Part shown: in pieces, positions 43,831-52,242 of the stretch
How positions within the stretch are numbered: position 1 is the stretch's first letter
Layout: each line of letters starts with the position of its first letter
From: Methanosarcinales archaeon
Lineage (GTDB): Archaea; Halobacteriota; Methanosarcinia; Methanosarcinales; Methanogasteraceae
Direction: 5' to 3'
Length of the DNA stretch: 61,295 bases
Assembly (NCBI GenBank): GCA_004211975.1
Contig: RXIK01000113.1
Span: 1-61,295, forward strand
The notes under the pieces: generated by a model
Told to the model about the DNA's origin: nothing
The model's input: the letters and a program-made list of their open reading frames with translations, nothing else
Databases searched by the model: none
Made by a program: the position numbers and the translations under genes

Positions 43831-45801
43831 TCAGGTTGTGGTTAGTTCTCCCTCCTGATTGACGTAGTAGGTGCTCTCTCCGATCGTGATCTTCCAGTCC
43901 GGATAGTACGTGGATCCGCCTCTGCAAACCAGTTCAAGGTATGCCTTTCTGGATTGCTTCTCTGCTTCACTGTAAGTGACTCCAACCGTGTCAACACCGG
44001 CATCCTCTATGTCTATCTTCTTGAACTTGCCAGTTACTTTCTCACGTTCCAGTACGTTCACCGTTGATTTTCCATTCATCTCCTTGTGAATGATCTTCAA
44101 CGCGTCCTGTGCTGTTACCGGCAGGTATTTGGTAGGTTCCTTTACCCAGGAAGCCTCTTTGAACTTCCCGCCATCGGAATCCACGACGATCACCGCCGAT
44201 ACGCTCCTGCCATTGGACACGATGCCGAAAGGCACCAGATAATACTCTCCGGTGTCACTTTTCACAGGCATCGGTTTATCCACTACAGTGCCATCGAAAG
44301 CCTCTGCAAAGTCCCGGTCATAAGGTATAAGGCATTCATTAACGCTGTCTACAGCTGCCTGCACGACCTTGTTCTCATTTTCCCGGTCAAGCTTTCTGTT
44401 GCAGATCACCTGGTTGAGTGGAACGCCTTTCACATCTACCACAAGCTCTTCGTCGATTGCATCAGCAGTAATTATTCCGCTGAACCTTGCCTTTGAATGA
44501 ACCAATCTTACGTCAACATCGGGCTGCACTGGTGGCTCGCAAACTGCCACATACCGGTTCTTGTAGATGTCACCATCTCTGACACCTGTAAGGCTCTTGA
44601 AATATGTGCCGGTCCACTGATCCACTGACTTGTAGGTGTTCTCTCCGATACCTGTTGGATTCGGGTCATTGACCCAGAACCCATAGATGTCATAACTGCC
44701 CTGTGATTTCCCCTTTGGATTCTCACTCGTGTGTATCCCACGTATCGCCATCCAGTTGGAGTAGTCCCCATAAGTTGGCGCTGCTCCAGGTCCCAGATGC
44801 TGCCAGTAGCAGATGTAGTGAAGTGCACCCTCGACAGCGGTATAGCTCCCGATACCATAGTGTGCGATGTATGGGGAATACGGGTAATACAGATAGTCAT
44901 TCAACGTGTACCTCATACCCCTCGGATCGACATACGTAAGGTCTGCGTTGCAGCCCTGGTTGTTGCCAATTCCGGTCTCGTTAAGCACTGTCTGGTTCGG
45001 CACATCAGGCGGATCTATGTAGTGGTCAATCAACATCTCCATTACTGTTGGTCCGCTCCAATCCTCCTGTTCCCATGTGGTGAACGGGAAGCTTGGATAG
45101 AAGTTCAGGCAGTAGTGGTTCAGCGTGAGATTGACATTATCGTCTTCTCCGGGAGCGTTCACAACCTCGTGGGTTGAGACGTTGCAGTCACTCTCGTAAT
45201 CCGAGGTAACATCACATGCAGTGATCCGGAGCACATTTCCTGCTTCTACCTCATCCATGACGTCCAGCGTGAGGTTGTAGAAGCCAGTTGCCGGATTGAT
45301 GAAATCTGCACTTCTGTCCTTAACGACGTCTGACTTGTTCAGGTTCGTGATGTTGACCTTGTCCGCTGCTGGGTTGGTGTAGCCGCTGATCGCGTAGGTT
45401 GGTGGGGCTTGATAGTGGACTACGATATTGATCTCGTAAAACCCACAACCTGGATGGTCAGCATCCCAAGCGTCTGGCAACTTAACAATCTTCTCACCAT
45501 ACCACTCTTCATCCGGACTGGTTACCCAGACTCGTACATACTCTTCAGTACTCTCCGCTATACCAGTCACTAAATAGTTCCAAAATGGCGGGGTTGAATC
45601 TGTAGGCTCACACCATGGCTCCGTATCAGGATAAGACTGATTCAGGTTTTCTTCGCACACCGTCCATCCGTATGGGCATGTGGTACCATCTTCGTACTGG
45701 ATAGTACCCACTGTATTAACTGCAAATGCCGAAGCACTCGGCACCATCACAAGTACCATTGCAACCACGATGAGCCCAGTTATTCCTATACCTGCTCTCA
45801 T
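43831..45801 (-). CDS. Secreted protein: shared Cys-containing N-domain, beta-sandwich, C39/papain-like peptidase fold with substituted catalytic residues, PepSY-like C-terminal region
   Basis: Signal peptide. WEQEDWSGPTVMEMLIDHY (Q....[C->S]GP), SNWMAIRG (His position is Asn) and GFWVNDP resemble the three C39-like motifs. C-terminal ..EYYLVPFGIVSNGRSVSAVIVVDSDGGKF.. is PepSY-like. Confidence 0.6.
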   Translation of the reverse strand: MRAGIGITGLIVVAMVLVMVPSASAFAVNTVGTIQYEDGTTCPYGWTVCEENLNQSYPDTEPWCEPTDSTPPFWNYLVTGIAESTEEYVRVWVTSPDEEWYGEKIVKLPDAWDADHPGCGFYEINIVVHYQAPPTYAISGYTNPAADKVNITNLNKSDVVKDRSADFINPATGFYNLTLDVMDEVEAGNVLRITACDVTSDYESDCNVSTHEVVNAPGEDDNVNLTLNHYCLNFYPSFPFTTWEQEDWSGPTVMEMLIDHYIDPPDVPNQTVLNETGIGNNQGCNADLTYVDPRGMRYTLNDYLYYPYSPYIAHYGIGSYTAVEGALHYICYWQHLGPGAAPTYGDYSNWMAIRGIHTSENPKGKSQGSYDIYGFWVNDPNPTGIGENTYKSVDQWTGTYFKSLTGVRDGDIYKNRYVAVCEPPVQPDVDVRLVHSKARFSGIITADAIDEELVVDVKGVPLNQVICNRKLDRENENKVVQAAVDSVNECLIPYDRDFAEAFDGTVVDKPMPVKSDTGEYYLVPFGIVSNGRSVSAVIVVDSDGGKFKEASWVKEPTKYLPVTAQDALKIIHKEMNGKSTVNVLEREKVTGKFKKIDIEDAGVDTVGVTYSEAEKQSRKAYLELVCRGGSTYYPDWKITIGESTYYVNQEGELTTT

Positions 45802-45823
45802 TTGCTTTTACCTCCGTTAAGTC

Positions 45824-45852
45824 AAAAACCCCCGAATTGATCCGGGGGTTTT
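45824..45852 (-). terminator. GC hairpin plus T-tract terminator after 45897..47753
   Basis: AAAACCCCCGG-AUCAAUU-CGGGGGUUUUU on the minus strand, between the stop at 45897 and the next start at 45801. Confidence 0.7.
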
Positions 45853-45896
45853 AAGTGCCCAAAATGGGCTATCTCGTTCTGCATGCTGTACATACG

Positions 45897-47753
45897 TTAT
45901 GCCTCGTATATCCAGTTGTATTGAGCACCTTCTCGCTCACACTCGTATCCAACACCTACTTCAATAGGTTCAACTTCAGTCACTTTTCCGTACCATACAC
46001 CATCATAGTAGTAAGCGGTCTTGTATCCTACTCCAGAGATGTACCTGATAACCTTGTCCCAATTTACTGGGCTGTTAAACGTGGAAAGATCTGTGTCCGT
46101 GAAGTTCACATATCCGATGAGGTTCATCCCATTGTATATCGGCGTACTTATCGTTCCAGTGCATCTTGTGCCATGAACCGTAAGCGTGTAGTCTGCACCT
46201 TCTCGTTCATACTCATATCCCACTTCTGGTTCTATGGGTTCAACTTCAGTCACTTTTCCGTACCATACACCGTCATAGTAGTAAGCGGTCTTGTATCCTA
46301 CTCCAGAGATGTACCTGATAACCTTGTCCCAATTTACCGGATCATCCCCGAACACCGCACCAAGCGACGTATCATCCTGGATCAGCGGTATCGCGATCAG
46401 GTTCATACCGTTGTAGATCGGGATGTCGAACTGTTCCTGCCCTTCCTTAAGCGCATACACATAGCTGCCATCCGTCCCGAAGTAGACCATGCCGTCAGAG
46501 ATCGCTATTCCCTGCAGGATGTACTGGTTGTCAGGCGCTGGCGGGTTCCATTCCCATCTCAGAGCAAAATCGGTGCCAGTGTCCTCGATGCAGTAGGCAG
46601 ATCCATTTTGCACGTTGGTCGTGAAATAGATATATGTATGTCCGTTAACGACCGATACTGCGGGAGATGACTGTGAAACATCGCCGCCTAAACTGTAGTT
46701 ATATAGTATGTTTCCGTTCGATTCGTCCAGGCACCTGAGAACAGCAGGCTCGACACCGTACACACCACCGATGCAGACATAGACTCTGCCGTTATATACT
46801 ACAGGCGTGGACGTGCTGTAGTAAATGTCAGTATTCCATTCACACGTACCGCCGCCCACAGCATTATCGCCTCCTATGTCACCGGTTGCGGCGTTGAAAC
46901 TGACAGCATACGCATGTCCGGAAAGTGGTGATGCTTTCTTGCCTGTGAAGTAGATTCGCCCGGTAGCCTCGTTCCACGTGATCGATGATCTGATCTCCTC
47001 AACCGGTGTGATGCCGCATTGCTCCGAGACGTTTATGTAGTCCACAAACGCGCCCGTGTCCTTGTGCCGGCACGTTATATTCGCTCTGTCATCGCCGTAG
47101 ATGATGTAGTTGCCAACGATCGCCGCGCCTGCCCAGTAATAACCCGTGACATACGATGCGGTCTGGCTCCATATCTGATTGGTCACATCCGATGCGTCAA
47201 TGCAATAATATGTGCCGTTGTCCTCGGTGTGCTCTGATCCGCCTTTCCAGTTGCCGATATAGATTTTGTCATCTGCGTATGTAATCGGTGTATTGAGCTG
47301 GAAATTGCCTATTCCATAATATTTACTTTCACGAATATTTCCGTTGCTCGCATGTACTGCGCATACTCTTCCTGCGCCTTGACCGGCAGCGCCGCTGCTT
47401 ACGGCGGCATACACGATCCCGTTGTGATGTGCGGGCACAGAGACCTCAAAAGTTCCGGTTCCGGGGGTTAGATCCGTGTGCCAGTTCTCTGTCCCGGTCG
47501 TCGGATTGAATGCGTATAGCGTTCCGCTTGCGCTGAGCACAAAGACCTGACCGCCCCCAACAATTGGCGTGGTATCGATCCAGCCAGCGACATTGTACGA
47601 CCACGCCAGTTCCGGATCGTTTATTGGCGCGTGATCGGTCGTCCATCCGATACTGATTGCATCCTTCTGGAACTGGGGCCAATCGGTCGCGGATGCCACT
47701 GACATCGTGAGTGCGATTGCTACCAGGACCATAACAATTCGTGTTTTGTTCAT
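45897..47753 (-). CDS. Secreted PQQ-like beta-propeller protein with two ~90-aa C-terminal repeats
   Basis: GGAGGG RBS. Signal peptide then TDWPQFQKDAISIGWT. Blade motifs. C-terminal duplicated (I/P)IYNGMNLI...NWDKVIRYISGVGYKTAYYYDGVWYGKVTEVEPIE. Confidence 0.8.
   Translation of the reverse strand: MNKTRIVMVLVAIALTMSVASATDWPQFQKDAISIGWTTDHAPINDPELAWSYNVAGWIDTTPIVGGGQVFVLSASGTLYAFNPTTGTENWHTDLTPGTGTFEVSVPAHHNGIVYAAVSSGAAGQGAGRVCAVHASNGNIRESKYYGIGNFQLNTPITYADDKIYIGNWKGGSEHTEDNGTYYCIDASDVTNQIWSQTASYVTGYYWAGAAIVGNYIIYGDDRANITCRHKDTGAFVDYINVSEQCGITPVEEIRSSITWNEATGRIYFTGKKASPLSGHAYAVSFNAATGDIGGDNAVGGGTCEWNTDIYYSTSTPVVYNGRVYVCIGGVYGVEPAVLRCLDESNGNILYNYSLGGDVSQSSPAVSVVNGHTYIYFTTNVQNGSAYCIEDTGTDFALRWEWNPPAPDNQYILQGIAISDGMVYFGTDGSYVYALKEGQEQFDIPIYNGMNLIAIPLIQDDTSLGAVFGDDPVNWDKVIRYISGVGYKTAYYYDGVWYGKVTEVEPIEPEVGYEYEREGADYTLTVHGTRCTGTISTPIYNGMNLIGYVNFTDTDLSTFNSPVNWDKVIRYISGVGYKTAYYYDGVWYGKVTEVEPIEVGVGYECEREGAQYNWIYEA
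45967..46337 (-). repeat. Two 101-nt near-identical copies (1 mismatch) spaced 270 nt apart, inside 45897..47753
   Basis: 45967-46067 and 46237-46337 (ggttcaacttcagtcacttttccgtaccatacacc...cccaatttac). Confidence 0.95.
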
Positions 47754-48982
47754 ATATTCCCTCCAATTTGTTTGTTTTAATGTCTGTTTGTTTGTTCTGA
47801 TGATCCAAAAAAATGTGTCACTTTGCTACCGTATTCACATCACCCCCCTTTGACCGGAATGAACATTTAGGTGAAACATCTCTTATGGCACGCGTGGCAC
47901 CATCGATAAGCCGGGATGTGATAGGAGGAATTGAACTCCCGATAGTGCAGGTGTGCTTCACCTGATTGTTCACCCCCCAGAGCGCATATGATCTCGCCAT
48001 AAGTGGGATGTGCCTGTACTGCTTCACGCGTGGTTTCTCTCTACGCGTATCGATTGTGGTTGGGGTGAGACGCACCATGTTTTTCACATTTTATGTCTTA
48101 ATGCAGACAAACTTGATTTAGTACGACGACTATCCAATTACATATAAGGGTTTTGCATGATGATGGATGTCGCGCTTCACAGTGCCAATGCTTGCCCGTA
48201 AGATTTTGTGAAAGAGCGCCTATACTTTTGATGCTGCGGATTTACGCCCGTATGCGTGAATCAACACGCCGGGGCAAACGCCGTGAACTTATGCGAATGA
48301 TAGTTGTGGAACTTGTTCAGGTGTATATGTTTAGCTAACCACAATTATTCAAGTACCTAAAACCAGAGTATTTTTAATTTATCCTGGCGGTTGAAAAACA
48401 TAATGCCAATCCGGTAAACCGTGGTATGGTTTGACTTCCGAAATCAGTGAAATTTGTGTTTGTGTGAGTGTAAATAATGTTAGTTATCTACGGTCACTAT
48501 AGAGTAGATATATATCTATTAAGATAATATTGTCCGGCATAGATATTGAGATAAAACACCGGAAGCATAACAAGACGAACCTGCACATCACCCTACTTGC
48601 TCAAAACAGCGCAGGGGTGCATAATCCATAAGAAGAATCAGAGAAACCACGCCAGAAGCGATGGATCCAATGCCCGGAATCGGCGCGATCGCCAAATCCC
48701 ACCCGGAGGGGTATCTGATATCCGTTCGGTGCAGATGGGATAAACTATAACTTAATTCACCCGGCTGCCGCCCGCGCCCTGATGCACATCCGACACCACA
48801 CCCGCCAGGGTTCCCCGCGTCATATAAAAGCCTTACGCCCACAATCCATAACTTTGTATTGGTTTCTGATTATACTAATTTCTTTTGATCTTTGAAACCG
48901 TGTCGCCCGTGTACTATCAACCGTGCTATGTGAGAAAACCTTACAAAAGGCTTATATCAGCTCAAATTTAGGAATATGTAAA

Positions 48983-49291
48983 ATGATGAAAGTGCAACAA
49001 CCCATACAGATAATTGAAGAGGTAGCAAGGACTCTTAACATGGGTCGGGAGAGATTGGAGATGGAAAGCCTTAAAACATTCCTGGAAAAGGAGTTGATAG
49101 GTATAGATGCAAAGATGTACAAAATCGGTGCTAAACATGGGATAAGGTCCATCTTCGAACTGGATGAAAAGTTGAAAAGTGGGGCAATTACCGAGGAAGA
49201 TATGATGGATGACTTTATGGAACTTGATTATCTGGAATCCAGAAGAGATGACTTGTTAAAAGCGATGGGGAAAGTTCAGTGGCAGATTTAG
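48983..49291 (+). CDS. Small helical protein, putative antitoxin partner of the TumE-like gene
   Basis: ATG at 48983 (MMKVQQPIQIIEEVARTL..). Acidic helical sequence. Overlaps the downstream gene by 13 nt. Confidence 0.5.
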   Translation: MMKVQQPIQIIEEVARTLNMGRERLEMESLKTFLEKELIGIDAKMYKIGAKHGIRSIFELDEKLKSGAITEEDMMDDFMELDYLESRRDDLLKAMGKVQWQI

Positions 49292-49635
49292 GTAACCTGA
49301 AGAGAATCGTTGATGTTGAATATGATGATACAACAAGGGATTCGAGCATCTACCAGGATAAGCTCAGGGTATTTATAAGAGACGGTTCGATAGTGGACAT
49401 CTGGTTCTCAAAGAAGATGCCGGGTCGTTTCTCATATCACTGGGAGAGAAGGCAAATTGATGGGAAGATATATCGCCATGACAATTTCCCAGACCCTCGA
49501 TGGAAAGAAGTCGCTACGTTTCCTAAACACTTTCATAATGGTTCACAAAATAGAGTGCAGGAGAGCAAAATAAATGACGATCCAGCCTCTGGTGTTCGTG
49601 AATTTATGGATTTTATAAGGAAGATGCTGAAATAA
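49279..49635 (+). CDS. DUF6516/TumE-family toxin-like protein
   Basis: GTG start. Motif ..FSYHWERRQIDGKIYRHDNFPDPRWKEVATFPKHFHNGS.. matches the Y(H/R)Y(H)w...(R)(Y/H)DN.PH...PhHkH pattern of this family as I remember it. Confidence 0.6.
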   Translation: MADLGNLKRIVDVEYDDTTRDSSIYQDKLRVFIRDGSIVDIWFSKKMPGRFSYHWERRQIDGKIYRHDNFPDPRWKEVATFPKHFHNGSQNRVQESKINDDPASGVREFMDFIRKMLK

Positions 49636-49689
49636 AAACTCTCCACAACTTCTGCCATGTCCGCATCGGTCACAGACGCTGTTCATCAT

Positions 49690-49918
49690 AGAGAATCCAC
49701 TACAGTCCTTCGATACATCCGCGCCATCGCCAGTCAGCGTGAGCCGCTTGTTTACATCCACATTCCCGGGTATTCGTTTCCGTATGCACCGGAGATCGTG
49801 TCCCTTGTCCCTGCGGCATCGATCACCGTCTGAATCGGCGTACCCTCGCCAGGGGCTGCACGTCCCACTCAGCACCCGTCGCCACAAGCACCGCCGCAAC
49901 CAGCAGCAAGCAGGTCAT
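49690..49918 (-). pseudogene. Frameshifted N-terminal fragment of a NosD-like beta-helix secreted protein
   Basis: Three frames together read MTCLLLVAAVLVATGAEWDVQPLA / GEGTPIQTVIDAAGTRDTISGAYGNEYPG / NVDVNKRLTLTGDGADV, i.e. signal peptide plus the ..IQ.AID.A..GDTI.V..G.Y.E.V.V.K.LTL.G start seen in 14100..15185 and 28889..32410. Truncated near the TumE-like gene. Confidence 0.5.
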
Positions 49919-49928
49919 GCCGCCCCCT

Positions 49929-50180
49929 TCACTCATGACCACATATTTCCACTGTTTCGTGTGCGACTTTGATTAATCGTAGCCATGTGTTTAGCACGGC
50001 ACGTAGTGTGGCAATCCCGTCGGCTGTTACGCTGAGGTGTAGTGTCTTGTTTTCCAGTGATATTGTCACCTGGCTTTTTGGGAATGTTGCGGCAGCTTCG
50101 GGCAGCAGTGCTCGGTAGATTGTGGGCGTGTTGCTGCCGAAGTTGAATTGGATTTCTGCCGTGTTTGTCGTGTTGGGCAC
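49929..50180 (-). CDS. pcc1: KEOPS complex subunit Pcc1
   Basis: 83 aa, GTG start. ..AEIQFNFGSNTPTIYRALLPE..VTISLENKTLHLSVTADGIATLRAVLNTWLRLIKVAHE fits the Pcc1 pattern. Sits at the expected place in the exosome superoperon. Confidence 0.65.
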   Translation of the reverse strand: MPNTTNTAEIQFNFGSNTPTIYRALLPEAAATFPKSQVTISLENKTLHLSVTADGIATLRAVLNTWLRLIKVAHETVEICGHE

Positions 50181-50194
50181 TTAGGTGATTGTGT

Positions 50195-50332
50195 TTATTC
50201 GGCGCGAACCTTGTTGATTCGGACCGGGCGCTCTTTGAGCAGGATCCGGTGTCCGCAGTATGGGCACCGGATGCCCCGGTATTCGTAGTCGATCTCGACT
50301 GGTTCTTTGCATCGGACACATCGGTATCCCAT
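50195..50332 (-). CDS. rpoP: DNA-directed RNA polymerase subunit P (Rpo12)
   Basis: Not in the ORF track (45 aa). Hand translation: [45 protein letters not shown], with a CxxC...CxxC zinc ribbon. ATG abuts the rpl37ae stop (TGAATG). Confidence 0.85.
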   Translation of the reverse strand: MGYRCVRCKEPVEIDYEYRGIRCPYCGHRILLKERPVRINKVRAE

Positions 50333-50638
50333 TCATGCCTCCGCTAGTGTTGCGTCGCGTTCTCTTTGCTCGAGTGCGCGTTTAACCGATCTTGCAACGG
50401 TTGTTCCGACTGATGTGTGTGGGATGTAGGTGCCGCCTGCGAAGGTGTGGCCGCATTTGGCGCATCTCCAGATGCCGGTGCCAACGCGGCGTACTGAAGG
50501 AAAGCCGCATTGGGTGCATTTGTGCTTGTGGTGGGTTTTTTCCTCGATGTTGGCGACTTTCTTTCTGATGTTGCGCCCGTATCGTACACCGAACCTGCCG
50601 GCTGACTTTGTTTTCCATCCTTTTGTGTGTTTGACCAT
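50333..50638 (-). CDS. rpl37ae: 50S ribosomal protein L37Ae (eL43)
   Basis: ..[46 protein letters not shown].. is a classic eL43 zinc ribbon. Confidence 0.9.
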   Translation of the reverse strand: MVKHTKGWKTKSAGRFGVRYGRNIRKKVANIEEKTHHKHKCTQCGFPSVRRVGTGIWRCAKCGHTFAGGTYIPHTSVGTTVARSVKRALEQRERDATLAEA

Positions 50639-50696
50639 TTATGCCTCCAGGACTTTTCTTTTCTTTGTGTTACTCGTGTTTGCAGCATCTGCCATG

Positions 50697-51476
50697 TTAT
50701 ACGTCCAGGAATTTCTCCCTTATCGTGTCTGCTGCTGCCTTTGCCATGTCAACAGCTTGCAGGACCTGTTCGAATGTGAGTGACTCTGACCCGCTCTTCT
50801 GCATGCCGGAGATGCTGCCGTCGCTGTTTGTGATGACTATAAGGGATGTGCTTGCGATTGCAGCTTCTGTGCGTGATGGGTCGAGCAGTAGTGCGCCGCC
50901 AAACTCAACTACGGTGACTGCAACCGGAATATCTCTTATAGGGAGCGGGATGTCTTCGCCCATGCCGTATTGGGACATTGGTAGCTTTGCGGTGAGTAGT
51001 GCTGCGATGGCGCCCATTGAGGCTGCATCAAGGATGTTGCCCTCGTTGTTCAGCATGTGGATGTCTACGAACATGATCCAGACTTTTTCGCCCGCTGTTA
51101 TGCAGAGTTTTTCGAGGTCAACTGATTTTGATTCTCTGATGCCGCGGTCAACGACCCGTGCAATCTCGATTGCTTTCTCTCTTGGGGGACCTGCCTCAAA
51201 TTCGGGGGATGCTAGCGGGATTAACTCTGCGTTTGTGATGAGCACACCTTTATCGGGGGTGTCAGGGAATGGCTCGCCCGGCTGGATCTTCACGCCAACC
51301 ACTAGTTCGGTTTTTCCGAGTTTCACGTGGGCTGAACCGTCCGCAGTAGCGATGGCTCCTGTTTTAATGCTAATTTCTCGAAACTCATCGAATGCACGAC
51401 CGTCCTCACGTTCACCCTTCAGTATCAGGTTTAATAGGTGGTCACGCTGGATTTCTACCATTACATCATCACTCAT
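50697..51476 (-). CDS. rrp42: Exosome complex protein Rrp42
   Basis: RNase PH-like: ..[38 protein letters not shown]... Start set at MSDDVM (ATG at 51476), overlapping the rrp41 stop by 8 nt. Confidence 0.9.
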   Translation of the reverse strand: MSDDVMVEIQRDHLLNLILKGEREDGRAFDEFREISIKTGAIATADGSAHVKLGKTELVVGVKIQPGEPFPDTPDKGVLITNAELIPLASPEFEAGPPREKAIEIARVVDRGIRESKSVDLEKLCITAGEKVWIMFVDIHMLNNEGNILDAASMGAIAALLTAKLPMSQYGMGEDIPLPIRDIPVAVTVVEFGGALLLDPSRTEAAIASTSLIVITNSDGSISGMQKSGSESLTFEQVLQAVDMAKAAADTIREKFLDV

Positions 51477-52242
51477 CGATATCACCGTCCGGTGCGCCGC
51501 CATCATCCTCGGTATCTATCATGGATTCCTTGCCATACTTCTCGATTAGTGCCTGACGCTGTAACTCGTACATCCGGTCACACCCGGTTTTTGCTAGCTT
51601 GAGCGCCTCGTGGAACTCGTCAATGGTCAGGTGTCCGTCCATTTGTAGGAGTGTGATCTGTCCATCCGCGGTCATAGCAACCGGCACATCCGCATCACCA
51701 TAGTTGTCCTCTTCCTTCATCAGGTCGATCACGAGTTCGCCGTCCACCTTTCCAACGGCGCATGCGCTGACAAGCCCGCGCATTGGGATGCCTGCATCAG
51801 CGAGTGCGAGTGATGCGGCGTTGATGCCTGCGGTTCTGGTGCCTGCACCTGCCTGCAATACCTCTACAAACACGTCGATCGCGGTTTTTGGATAGAATTT
51901 GGTGAAGACCACAGGTTCGAATGCCTCGCGACTCACCTTTGAGATCTCTATGCTTCGTCTGCTTGGTCCGGGTCTTATCCGCTCATCCACAGAGAATGAA
52001 GCCATGTTATATCGAAATTGCACGACCGATCGGGTCATGTTTTGTCTGTGTCTTGGATGAAGTTCCCGGGGACCGTAAACTGCTGCTAAAACTTTGTTGT
52101 TTCCCCATTCAAGGTAGCAGGAGCCGTCAGCTCTGCCAAGTGTGCCGACCTCGATCTTGATCGGTCGTAACTCATCAACGCTCCGCCCATCAAGTCTCTT
52201 TCCGTCTATAATAAAATGCTCTGGTTTTTCACTCATCACCAT
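51469..52242 (-). CDS. rrp41: Exosome complex exonuclease Rrp41
   Basis: RNase PH domain: ..[47 protein letters not shown].. Confidence 0.92.
   Translation of the reverse strand: MVMSEKPEHFIIDGKRLDGRSVDELRPIKIEVGTLGRADGSCYLEWGNNKVLAAVYGPRELHPRHRQNMTRSVVQFRYNMASFSVDERIRPGPSRRSIEISKVSREAFEPVVFTKFYPKTAIDVFVEVLQAGAGTRTAGINAASLALADAGIPMRGLVSACAVGKVDGELVIDLMKEEDNYGDADVPVAMTADGQITLLQMDGHLTIDEFHEALKLAKTGCDRMYELQRQALIEKYGKESMIDTEDDGGAPDGDIDE

Noticed and set aside
3146-47753. I looked for multiheme cytochromes (CxxCH), glycoside hydrolase or protease catalytic motifs, and secretion ATPases. These could tie the island to extracellular electron transfer, polysaccharide degradation or a known secretion system.
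   Set aside because: I found no CxxCH motif in the 25 products and recognised no such catalytic signatures by eye. These interpretations are therefore not supported, although absence by eye is not proof.
47900-47990. tRNA-like pieces on the minus strand: a 5-bp stem CAGGU/ACCUG with a 7-nt loop, followed by GGGAG-UUCAAUU-CCUCC.
   Set aside because: The loop lacks U33. There is no D-arm or acceptor stem pairing, and the T-stem has mismatches. It is not a tRNA gene.
47818-48087. 89-aa basic ORF (MKNMVRLTPTTIDTRREKPRVKQYRH..) preceded by a leader-like motif.
   Set aside because: It has no signal peptide, no recognisable family and a weak RBS, and the region folds into many hairpins. I treat it as probably non-coding, though homology searches could revive it.
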